Source of the DNA: Marsupella aquatica
Lineage: Eukaryota > Plantae > Marchantiophyta
Direction: 5' to 3'
NCBI GenBank assembly: GCA_973895155.1
Contig: OZ316897.1
Coordinates: 20,798,260 to 20,862,259, forward strand
DNA length: 64,000 bases
Part shown: piece by piece, positions 46,917-58,715 of the stretch
How the letters are laid out: each line of letters opens with the position of its first letter
How positions within the stretch are numbered: the stretch's first letter is position 1
The notes under the pieces: model-generated
Databases searched by the model: none
The model's input: the letters and a program-made list of their open reading frames with translations, nothing else
Told to the model about the DNA's origin: nothing
Program-made: the position numbers and the translations under genes

Positions 46917-48407
46917 TTGGAGAGCCAGGTACTTTTGAAAGGCTTGAAGTCAAATCTTGAAGTTTTTTGAGAACAGGAAAGCCCTACAGTCTTTGACCGG
47001 ATACAGCAAATCGGAGGTGATTCCGGATTCAACATCAAAAAATTGGAGAGGGCGATTCTTGCATCAGCCCGAATTCAGATACTGCTTCTCACTGATGAAA
47101 AGTTTGAGTTGTCAGAGGAAATTCGCCGGTACTCCTGCCCTACCCCGATGATTGACCGTGAATATGTTTTTGTTGCTAAGATGGTGGAAGACAATCAGTT
47201 GTTCAATCCTCCATTGGTTACTCCTGAATTTACTCAGCCTCAGTTTGAAGAAGACCAGGACTTATCTGAACCGATTCCTTCTGTTGAGCCTTGCAATTTT
47301 TCTCCAGTTAATGACTTTCCAAGAGAGGATGTTTTGGAGGAGGATGAGGAGCCGAGTACCGAAATCATTCAGATGGAGACCATTGAGGACTCTTTTCCCC
47401 CTGTCCACGGATCCGGTCTTGAGAAGCGGAAGCAATTCAAAACCCACTCTTTAGCCAGAAGTCTTAAGAAGACCCGAAGATTCCCACCCGGTGTCCTCAA
47501 GCGAAAGATGCCACCAAGCGATAGTTGAGGCCTGAAGTACCATAGAAGATTTCTGAATTTCAGGGCACTGTTTAAAGAGCCTGATGTACTACAAAGATTC
47601 AAAGGAGAGCTTTATAAACTGTGACCTTTTTTCAGCTGTGATTACTTGATGACTCCGAACTGAGATGTTTTCTGTTGGCGAATTTCCCCCTTATGTTTTA
47701 TTCTTCCTACTTTGGATCCTTTGCAAAACTCTATCTCAATTGTACCTCAATCGCTTTTAATCAGGAATTATGAAGCGATCTCTTTCCTTTCAATAAGTTT
47801 ATTCATTTTCTTTTCTTTCATCCTCTCCATGTTTATCCCTTAGTGCTCAGTCCCTGAAAACTACCTTTTCCTTTACATATTTCCCAAAAATCTCCAAAAA
47901 ATATTAAAATCAGAACCGTTTCTATCCTTTGAGTCAAAATACCTCAAACCGTTTCATTTTAACTTTAAAACTCTCTTTGTTTTTCCTTAGCTTACCCATC
48001 TTTTGATTTTTCCTCAGTGAATTCTCCCTAACTTTTGACCTCTCCTCCATTAAATCTCCATGTCTGGCCATAGAACTCCTGGTTCTATAAGGATTGCTGC
48101 TTTGAGAAGAGCTTTTCTTCAAGCTCAGACCTTGAGTTTGAGAGGAAGGAATGACTTGCACTGGATTGCCATTACTTGGTGGGAAGATGTTACCATGCAT
48201 ATTATCCATTTTTCTCTCAATGGGACCATCAATAACATTGAGCATTTGGTACTGGACATTTATGCTTTGGCCAATCCTCCAACAAGAAGAAGACACCACC
48301 CTAGAAGATCATGATGCTGGAGGAGACCATGACCCGGTACATCCGAAGAAGAGAATTTTCCAAGACTCAAGTGTTCGCGAGGTCGCTTCACATTTGAGGA
48401 GGGGTTA
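46917..48407 (+). mobile_element. Short non-autonomous internal region ending in a chromovirus-like PPT
   Basis: Contains only a short acidic ORF (47043-47528); ends TTTGAGGAGGGGTTA. Confidence 0.5.
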
Positions 48408-49657
48408 TGTGGAAAGGTAAAAAGGAACTACGGAGTGAAAGTGATCCATTTTAAAACATTTAAACCTTACTTGAAGCTTATTTAGGTTTATCCGACACCC
48501 CTTAATCCATTTTAAGCCTCAAAGGAATGTTATGGAAGAAAGCTAAGAAGTTTGAGTTTGGAAGGAAGAATCGCTTCAAACAAACAATCACTTTCAAAGA
48601 AATCCGAAAGAAATCGCTTCGGGAGGAAGCAGAAGAATCGCTTTGCAGAAAGACCGGCTGAAGAATCGCTTTGGAAGTTGGAAAATCGGTTTAGACTATT
48701 GGCAGCAACTTTGACGAATGATTGCGGATCGGTCTGATATCGGTTTGAGAATATTTTTGGTGCGTTGGAAAGATCTTATCAAGGGCTATAAGGAGATTTC
48801 AGTTTGGTCCCAAACAACCAACTTCAGAATAACCCAAACCGATTCTCCAAGGTTTTTTGGCATATGTTACTTAAATCGTTTTCTATCTCTTTTCTCACCT
48901 CTTGAGCCTTTCCATGAGTTAGATAGAGTAGGATATAGAGGGACATAGTTTAGTGTACCTTTAAGAATTAGATTTAGAGAGTCTTAGACTTATTTTACCT
49001 TTTAGGATCCTAAGTTTAGATGAGAAAAGGTTTTTAGGCTTCTAAACCTTTTGGCATCTTAAACCTTTTGAGGGAGCCTTACAAGTGGACTCCCAAGATC
49101 ATGATTCATTGTCTTTTCTTCAACATTGATTTTTGACCAAGTGTGGGTCTTTTTCTCAGCCAAATTGGGCTTAGGAGAAAGAATTTAATGGAGAAGACTT
49201 GTACCACTCACATCAATTGAATTTCAAACATTTCATGGATAAAACCTAAGTATTCAAGTTTTGATATTTGAATTAGTTGTAGGAAATAAATTTGAATGGA
49301 TAACTAAGGTGTGCCTTTGAAATCTAGTTGAAATGGGAATTGTACCAACCTTCATGACGTAAAACCGATCACTACTAAGTGTATAAGGAAGTTAGAGGGA
49401 AGAGAAAACCTTCCAATCTATCGAGAAGAAGCTGAACCTAAGGAATTTCATTTCAACATTTGTGACATACTAATCGTTTCAGGATTATATAAGGAAAAAC
49501 AACAAAGAAATCGCTTGAAGATTTCGAACATCACAAAACCTTGGTAAATCGGTTTGTTTATTCTTTACGGGACCGAATCTTGATATTTAAGGATAAAAGT
49601 ATATACATTTGTATTATTCCACTTACCACATATTCTTTTTGGCGCCGCTGCCGGGGA
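48408..49657 (+). mobile_element. Athila-like LTR (~48408-49630) with tRNA-Asp-type PBS (49640-49657); internal part truncated
   Basis: TGTGGAAAG...CTTACCACA ends; TGGCGCCGCTGCCGGGGA resembles the Athila PBS. Confidence 0.62.
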
Positions 49658-50149
49658 ATAAATCAAAAGCGATTTATGAAGGAGGCCAACAGAATTGGCC
49701 AAAAGAAAGATTGAAGTACAGACAGACAATCGATTTTGATATGATAAACGGATTGTGTAAGGCCAAGAAAGAAATTCACGACAAGAGGATTCAGCAGGTG
49801 GACAATCGGATTGACTCCTGAAGGAACATATACTTTGTAAGTATGGACGATTCAATGCTCTTTGGCTTTCCTTTTACATTTAAAGTAGAACCTTTCTCAA
49901 TAGACAATGCTCCTTCAGCGTTGGTTAAGTTACTGAAAGAAGAGGCAAAAATGGAGATAGCAAAAAAGGAAGTCAAGGGGAAGGCCAAGAAATCGCTTAG
50001 GAAAGTAAAATCACCTGCTAGCAAAGGATCTCCATTACCACCTCTGAATTGAATGGACCTATTGGCCTTAAGGTAAGTAAATCTTTTCAATTAACATTTT
50101 TTCCTTTAAACATTTTCACTTTTGATTTTATAAAATTCGGCCACGATAA

Positions 50150-53100
50150 CCCCATGGCAGAGGAAACCAGAAGGCACAACCCAGAGACCAGCAGGAGGTA
50201 TCCAACCAACCATAACAAAGACATGACAAGTACACCATGATCACCCATTTACCAACATTCATACCTCAGAAGCACCCAGCCTACTCCTTGGTGCCTCAAT
50301 CCTTAATGCATCCCCCAAACAGAACCAAAATCATATCTACCCCATTGAAAGCCACAGCAGTGCTAACCGGATGAAATCCAACAATCACTACGTCGCATCC
50401 ATACTATCCTCTCCCTATTTATAACTTCTTTCACTCTCAGCAGTCTGGTCCGTCTATTACACATAGGTAGAGTCAGCCCAACCGCAGCCACATGATCAGC
50501 TGCCTCAGATAAAATAAACCTAATATCAAATTTGCGTACTCCATTGTTCTGAAACATGTGCTCATTGCGACCTAACCAAAGTGCCCATAAAATCTGGTAT
50601 AATACAAACAACTTGATTATCTTTAGATGCTCTTTACCAAGAGCCGAGTCAATCATCCCAATCAGCCCTGCATTAAAGTCTACAAAGATGCCTCTCAGGC
50701 ACTGAACAAAAGGCGCCAACATTTCTGTGCGTGCAGACACCTGATGAACAGGTGAGGAATGGTTTCAGAGAATTCAGGGCACAGCTTGCACACCCCGTTG
50801 CCCTTGCCAATCCTCGCTGCCCTCACCCCAGTGAAAAGCCCCGACGCCACAATCCTCCAGAGAAATGTCTTGGCACGCATGGATAAGTCAGAGCCCCATA
50901 ACCCTGCCCATCCAGCACTCCATTCATCCTCTGTCCTCACAATCCCCCACGTTTTGTTCAGACTCTCTGAATCACCCACCTCAGGCCTGAGAAGCAAGTA
51001 TGCTCTTTTATTTGAAATTTTGAATGTTCTCAATGGTGTTTCATTGTCTGTCCAGCACCAGCAGCCAGGTCCAGGTTCAAATCCCCATACGCATAGTGAA
51101 ATACTCGTCAGCATCGTCATAAATCTCTGACCCAATGTTATGTGATCACCAGTAAAGCCCCGTAGATGTGCCCATCTCTCAGTCATCCCTCGCCATCCGT
51201 TCTCATCCTCCGACCAAAGATCCTGGATTCTTCTGAGACCTAATCTGCCATAGAGTACCATCACTGCTGTCATCTCTTCTCCGCTCCACGACTGAGATCC
51301 CTTGGTGCAGCGAAGAAAATCCCCAATAGACCATCTTCCATGTACCGTGTCAATGGGACAGAAAATCAGATGTGCTCTCAACAACTCCCAGGCTTTCCAG
51401 GGTCCTCCTGTATACACCAGTCCATGCCATGCTCTTGGACAGCAAAGCAGCAGCTTGTCGCGAAAGGTGTAACCATTTCTTCTCAACACTTTATAATTGG
51501 CCCATCCAATAAGGTTCAGGTTTTCTGCAAACATCTTGGCCCATTCTGAGTCGGGGTGGTCTATAGCCCCAGTAAACCACTTTGAAAGTAGTGCATTCGA
51601 GTGGCTGCGGAAGTCCTTGAAACCTAATCCCCCGTCCCCCTTGGGTCGAGAAATCCGAGCCCAGGAGACCAGTGGCACTCTTCTCCCTCCTTCATTGTTA
51701 TGCCCCCACAAAAAGTCCCTAGACAAGGCTGTCAGCTTCTGTGCCAGGCTCGTTGATGCTTTCATAAACATAGTATGGTAAATTGGTATAGCAAGTAAGA
51801 TGTGCCTAACCAGAAGCGAACGCCCCGTGAATGTAAGCATCTTGTTGGACCAAGAAGAGAGTCTTTTCCCAATCTTGTCCAAACAAAAGCTGTGTCTTCA
51901 AGTCCACACCCAATGGTGCCCCAAGGTACTTTTGAAGCTCCCCCGGAGCACTGATCACACACCCTGTGTCTCTCAACCACATCGGAATAATCAACATTGC
52001 CAGCGGTATCACAATTGATTTACGCAGATTAAGCTGAGCACCAGTGGCCCCCTCATAGCACTGAATCACCTTTGTTACATGTTGAAAACTTCTCTTAGTT
52101 GCAGGGATAAACATCCCCATGATGAAAAAAAGGTGAAGGATGGTTTCCAGCCGTCCGTTGCACAACTTGCAGTCACCGTTGCTCATCTCTAATCGAAGCG
52201 CACGGGCTCCAGTGAACAAGCCCCCCACAATGATCCTCCAAATAAAGGTCTTGCCTCCGATTGGTAAATCCGATCTCCACAGTCTGTACCAGCTCTCATT
52301 CCAACCTCTCTCCTCTCGGGTAAGAGACCAGATCCTGTTCAGGCGTTCGTGATTTGAGGTCTTGGGCCACAGGAAATCATACACTCTGCAATTCTCAATT
52401 CTGAAATTCTTCAATGGTTCAGGTCTATCTGTCCACCTCCACTGTTTGGCATACAGGAAGTACTCTGACCGGCAGTGTGAAGCGCTCCATATACTTTCCA
52501 AGAACTTCCGCGCAAGCAATTGATGCTCTGTAGAGAAGCCATGCATATTGCTCCATCTAAGTGGGAGGTCCTTCCAACATCCTTCCTCCGCCGACCAACC
52601 ATCACCAATCAATCTCATTCCCAGCCGGCCACAGATCGTAGCAATGTCCATGATGGCCGAATTAGGAAGAGAATGAAAGCCCACCATGCATCTGAGTATG
52701 TCGGTGATGCTCCACCGGGCAGGCAGCCCCCCCCGACCAGGCTCAAAGGATAGATGAGCTCTCACAAGCTCCCAGCATCGCCAGAGACCCGTAGTGTAGG
52801 GGAGCCCACTAAAAGTATGAGGTGTACATAAAAGCAACTGGTCTTGGAATGAGTATCCATTTCTCCTAATAACCTTGTAGTTCATCCACCCCAACAGTCC
52901 CAGATTGGCCGCCAACATCTTGGACCATTCCAGTTCAGGCGAGTTCAGTGCTTTAGTGAACCATTGCGAGAGCAGGGCATCAAAGTGACTGCAGAAATCC
53001 CGAAATCCCAGTCCCCGGCCCCCTCCACCCGTGGCAGTGTCATCCTGTCCCAAGCCACCAACGGAACCTTCTTCCCTCCTGAGTCGTTGTATCCCCATAG

Positions 53101-53767
53101 AAAATCCCTATTGAGAGCAATAATCTTCTTGGCTAGACCAGAAGATGCCTTGCAATACATTACATGGTAGATCGGAATTGCAAGCAGTACCTGTTTAACT
53201 AGTAATGATCGACCAGTAAAGGAAAGCAGCTTGTTGGACCAAACAGCAAGCCTGGCACAGATTTTATCAAGGCAGAACTTGTGCAGTTGTTCCATGCTCA
53301 AACCCACACCAAATGGTGCACCAAGATATTTCTGCATCTCTCCCCTTTGACTGATATGACAGCCTGTGTTATTCAGCCAAGCCGGGACCTCCTCCATTGC
53401 CAATGGGATCACAACTGATTTCTTCAAATTCAGTCGAGCACTGCTAGCCTTCTCATAACAGTCAAGAGCAGTTGTTGCTTCTTCAAAAGCATTCTCAGAT
53501 GCAGGGATAAACATCCCCACATCATCCGCAAATAGTCTGTAACAAATAGTGAGATCAAGCGAGATCTACAAGCCACAAAGTCTACCCGCTGCCAGCTCTG
53601 CATCAAGAAAATCCATGAGTGGCTGCGTGGAAATCACAAATAGCAATGGTGATAAAGGGCAGCCCTGTCTTACCCCACGCTTGAGCTCAAACGTGTTAGT
53701 TAGTAAGCCATTCACCAAGGCACGTGAGGATGCCTGAGCCAACAACGCTCTTATCAGAGTGATGAAA
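50150..53767 (-). mobile_element. L1-type LINE ORF2 fragments: two diverged RT-C-terminal/zf-RVT modules in tandem; 5' part displaced by the LTR insertion
   Basis: RGVRQGCPLSPLLF, LFADDVGMF, KYLGAP, LLAIPIYH, GGLGF, KTFLWR, CKLC...ETIPHLF, LWALWLGRNEHMFQ; frameshifted. Confidence 0.88.
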
Positions 53768-56700
53768 TGTGATGCCTAGACAGGAATCACTCGGCCGGTT
53801 AAGTGGGTAAAGCAGGAAGGCACCCTAGGAACACCTTAGTATAGGGACAAAACAAGGAAAATATAAACAATTAGGGGCAACCATGGAACCCGGGCAGAAG
53901 CCGGAGGTAAGGTTGAGGGTGAAAACCCGATTAGGGTTAGGGCGCGTTAAGCGTCGGCGGCTAGGAAGGATCAACGGGAAGAAGGACCGGCAGAGGGGAG
54001 GGGTAAGGAGCGCTTGCAGGAGATGGTGGCTCATTTGCGAGCACGAACTAGGCAGACGACTACGGGAGGCCAACTACTGTCAGCTGCTTAGGCAAGCACT
54101 CGGGGAGAGAGTAGATACCGACAATCGACCTAAGGAGGGTATGAGCAACGTCAATCAAGCGGCACATTTCTGGAGATGCCTGTTCGAACGGGCACCTGAG
54201 TACATCAAGACTTACGAGGACGAGGAGCCAGAAAGGGCAGCTCGAGAACGGCAGGAGCTCGCTCGATTGTGGGAGCTACAGAAGACGGCTTTCTTAGGAG
54301 GCGAACTCATCAAGGACGAGTTCCTGTGGACGCCTACTTCCAATCAACTCAACGATCTTCTGTTTTGCAAAGACAGCGTCGTCGGCATCCGAGAGGCCAT
54401 CAAGAACTGCAACGACATACACTGGGAATTAAAGGGTAGCACGGAAAGGTGGACCCAGGCAACGGTGCTAGGAGAAACCTCCACGGCAGCAGAGATGAAG
54501 AGGAAGGGAGCCGTCAACGATGAAGCCACCCCGGCAAAAAGAACGAGGTCGGCGGCACCAAAGAAGCCAGCCGAGCAGCAGAGCAGGAGGCAGGGAGAAG
54601 CCGAAGAGGAGGAGGTCGATCCCATCAAGGCCATTCCAACCAGGGATGACACCTGGAAAGGCTGGGCGGCAACCCTACCGGTGGAGGTGCAACTACATTT
54701 TGCACGGGAGGAGGATGCATGCTTTACGGCCATGCAGACCAAGAAGTACCAAGGCTTCATGGCCGGATCCGGCTTGGAGGCCTTTGTAAGATTACCATGG
54801 CTGAAGCCGGAGGTACCGGAGTCAGACCTATTAGAATTCGTGGGGTCATGGGAACCCGAGACCAATTGCACGAGGATATATGGGAAGGATTTCTATCTTA
54901 CTCCCAAGGTAATTGCCGAAGTGTTTGGCCTGCCGATAGGCAATAAGACCAAAGTTGATACCAGGAAGACCTTGCCTGACAAGGAGTTCCGGTCGTTCCC
55001 CGGGCCATCAACGAAGAATGGCTTCTTCCGGAACACCTGCACCAACCTGCACATAGGAGAGATGATCGACTTCTTGCGGGTGACCATGCATTGTAACTTG
55101 CCGAGGGCAGAGATCGGCAAGGCACAGGTCTATCTGGCAGAAAGGCCAGACCCAAGCCGGGACTACAACGGGTACCTCCTCAACCAATTGAAGAAGATCT
55201 TAAAGGAGGAGCAGCAGGTAATCGGCATGGGGAGCGTGTCGCGGCTGGGCTATCACATGCCGCTGTTGTGCCGGTATGCCAGAGGTCAGACTTTTGCCCC
55301 GGTACTTCCCCTGCAGGTAAGGGCACCCGAGGAAGCTCCAACGTCGAGGCCGTTGGCTGAGAAGCCTCAACCACCTGTTAGTCCTACGATCGAGCAGGTG
55401 TTTAGGCCCAGGAAGGAGGACTTGCCGATGCAGCAACCAGGCATGCAGAGTCTGCTGAAACTACTGGAGAAAGAAAAGAAATCGGCATCGGCAACAACAA
55501 CAACAACAACAACGGCAACGGGAACGGCAACAATGCAGGACACTACTACAGAGGTAGGCCTACACCGGCTCACAAGAGAAAACCCCTTTGCTGGAGACAA
55601 GGAGAGAATCAGGCCGGAATCCAAGCCAGGTGTTCGAATGTACGTGGGAACCTCAAGCTCCGAATCTGAGGTAGAATTGCCTGAAGCTCCTACCGACGAA
55701 GAGGAGAGGGAGAAGCCGGACGTCCAAGAGGTAGAGGAGGCAGTGGAGGACTGCAGCCATGATAATTCCGGCTATGGGTCGGACCATCACGTTCCAGGAG
55801 TAAGGACCTGTGGCCGGTTTGTCCCCACACTTCCAAGGGTAGTGCGAGGGGACCCCAACCAGTAGAGTAGCCCTGAGTCTCCCCCACCAGATGTTGCTCC
55901 CCCGAGCTTCGATGGCATAAAACAGACGGTGCAGGAATTTCAGGAGCGAATCAAGCAGGAGGAGGAGGCCGCCCTGGCTAGGGAAAAGGATTTACCAGGA
56001 GGAGATTGGCCGGAGGACATCAGGCGGCTAGCCAAAAAAGGAAGCAAACCTCTAGCCACGATTGAAGAGATCCGCAGGACGGCTTGGGAGCAGAGGCCGC
56101 GATGGGCGATGCTGATCACTTCTACTTACTCCACCTACGCTAAGAATAGAGCCATGGAGTATGGTGAGATGTGTGGGGAACTTGCGCTCGGCATCTTTGG
56201 AGAGGAGTTGGAGGTAGGACCCTTTTTCCATAGGGAGCAGTTGGAGAAGCACCAATTAGAAGAAGCGGTGGCTTTAGAGAGAAGCAAGAAGGACGAGGTC
56301 ATTCGGCGGCTTAGGAGGATGGAAGCCGAGATTGAAGATCTAAGGGCGGCCAAGAAAGCCCAAGATGAACTGCGGATTAAACGACATGAGCTGAACATCA
56401 TGCAGGGGCAGTTGGACACCGCGCAGGCTGATAATCAGAATATCAAGGATAAACTGACTCAGACGCAGGAAGAGTTGGCCGACACGATCAAAGAGAGGGA
56501 GAAGTGGAAGCAAGAGCTGAAGAATACAGAGGAGGCCCACATAACAGCCAACAACCGGGCCATGGCGGAGACCCAAAGAAAGGAATGGGCGTTGAAAGGG
56601 GAGCTCGAGAAAATCCGCGGAGCCCTTGAGCAGAAGGAGGCCGAGTTAGGGAAATCCTATCAAGGGATTATGGCGCTGCAGCAGGAGCTTGCGTCCCTGA

Positions 56701-58454
56701 CGGCCAGCTTCAAGGCCGACCTAAGGGAGAAGGACGAGATGCTCGAACAGACTTACGCCAAGATGAACCAGATGGAGTCTGTCATCATTGCAGAGCTCGA
56801 CAAGGAGCTAAAAGCAACCCAGGAGGAGAGGACTACCTTGAAACAAGAACGGGAGGAAGCCCAGAAGGAACTAGAGGAGGCACGCAAGGACCTGGATGAG
56901 ACCCAGGAGGAGTTGGAGGAAATCACGAGGAAGATGGAGAACCTCCAGCGGCGGGCCGACAACCAAACGGAGCGGCTGAAGAAACAAGCCGCAGTATTTA
57001 GGTGCTTGTCTTCATCAGGCCCAACTCCAATTGGGGCAACCAAGTTACCGGGAGTGGTACTGGCCGAAGAAAAAGCCGCGCCAACTGCACCAGTGCCGGA
57101 GGTAAGTGGGAAGGGGAAGGGACCAGCTGCCGAACCAGAAAAGAAGAAAAAGCGGAAACCTTCAGGGTCAAGGAGTAATCCGACTCCACAAGCCGTGGTG
57201 ACCAAAGAGGTAGAACCAGCACCATCCTCCGACATGAATACGGCAATAGATCCCGCTATGATCACAGGTAGGGATGGTGCGGCCCAAGCCGAACTACTCA
57301 GTAAGGAGGCCAGTATTCCAGATCCGCCTCTTATGCAGGCCGGGGAGACCGTAGCCGAGGCTGAGGCCGTAACCGATTCTCGAGCCGATGCCGACGCCGA
57401 TGGTGGACCCAGTCAGGCCGATGGAGAGTTGACTCAGTCAAGGGCAGGTAATCTGTCAGGGAATGAGCCTACGGCAGTGGCTGAGGAGGAAGCGTTGGGG
57501 GCGTCCATTAAGGATCCACCACCGGTGTCGTGATGGTGCAAGGGCGCCGTTCCTTTTAGGGAGGGCGGACGTGGAGGGAGGAGGCGTGAGTGGGCAGGGC
57601 GGGCGCGGATCTCCACGTTTAGGATTAGGATCAGAACCAGGAGCGGCCCTGACACTTAGCTTAGTGGGATTGCGGTCCCACTGGTAGGAGCAACACTTGT
57701 GCTCTTGCCTTGCTGTACATAGGTAGATTCGGGCAAGTAGATTACTGTTAAGTAGATTAGGCTTACGATGCAAAGAATGGCGGATCCACTACCAGGATAA
57801 GTACCTGGGCAGCGGGGAGCTCAGGGCCTCTTCTTTAGCAAGTTTTTAGTTTGCACCAGCCGGGCTGGGATCAAGTAGTACGAGAAGCTCTCGGTTAGTC
57901 ATACAGTGACCCTTGTGTATATTCATGTTTCCTCATGCCTAAGAGCTGAATAGAGTTGGCCTCACGGCTTAGTTCGCAGAACTTGTGTATGAGATGTACT
58001 GTTTGTATGGCAAGTGCATGGTATGACTCAGTCAGAATGAGTCATTTTGCTATTTGTGTGTCGCATTAACTTGTGTGAAGAGTGCCCACATCAACAGAAG
58101 GAAGGAAAGTAAGCAGGGGAGTGAGAGTTGGATGTGTCGAGCTAAGAGAGGTCTTAGCGGCTTAACCAAGTCTATTGGGGATCATTCCGGCGGCGGAATC
58201 CAAACATACCTAACAAGACGGAGGGGAAGACAGGGGAAGACAGGGGAAGGCCTATATTAGGCCGGCTACATATCTCATGACCCGATGAAGGATCTGTCCA
58301 GTATATGTGTGTAAAATGTTAATAGTAGTAGTAGAAGGTTAGCAGCGTCCCATGCCGCTAAGCCGCGGAAACGGCCTCGCCAAGCACGAAACCTGCGGGA
58401 ATCGGCTTGAGCTGGGGGGTTTCTTGGGTTTAGGGAGCCATGGGACGCACCACA
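53768..58454 (+). mobile_element. Giant (4,687 bp) 5' LTR of a Tat-like Ty3/gypsy element, containing a long ORF
   Basis: TGTGATGC...GCACCACA inverted ends; followed by TTTT-TGGCGCTAGA PBS and gag. The same start sequence follows a PPT in the copy at 63597. Confidence 0.82.
53883..57533 (+). pseudogene. LTR-encoded accessory protein (~1,200 codons; one premature TAG at 55863): plant-mobile-domain-like motif, coiled coil, disordered tail
   Basis: ORFs 53883-55865 and 55929-57533 are in the same frame, and the 41.9-kb copy has CAG at the stop position. Motif LLEFVGSWEPETN...LTPKVIAEVFGLP; E/K/L-rich heptads at about 56270-57000. Confidence 0.75.
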
Positions 58455-58458
58455 TTTT

Positions 58459-58475
58459 TGGCGCTAGATGGAGGG
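58459..58475 (+). promoter_or_regulatory. Tat-like primer-binding site
   Basis: TGGCGCTAGATGGAGGG, 4 nt after the LTR CA. Confidence 0.75.
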
Positions 58476-58715
58476 GGCATTTCTTAAGCCGTGAGATATG
58501 AAGTTAGAACGGAAGCGTAGGTAATGATTGACCTTACGCCGAGGGAAGAAAGAGTGATTCAACGGGAGAGAGCTCGACTGTAGCAGCTCGCCGGGTGGCA
58601 TGATACACAGCGACTGAGAGGGGCAGAAAGAGCTGGTAGCTCCGAAACTGGAAGTGGCGTCGAAGAAGACATACCAGAAGAAGAGTCGGTAAGGAGAAGT
58701 GAGTCTCCAACCGAC

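Noticed and set aside
54344-54871. Antisense ORFs conserved between giant-LTR copies (also 62494-63021)
   Set aside because: They are shadows of the sense ORF in near-identical repeats.
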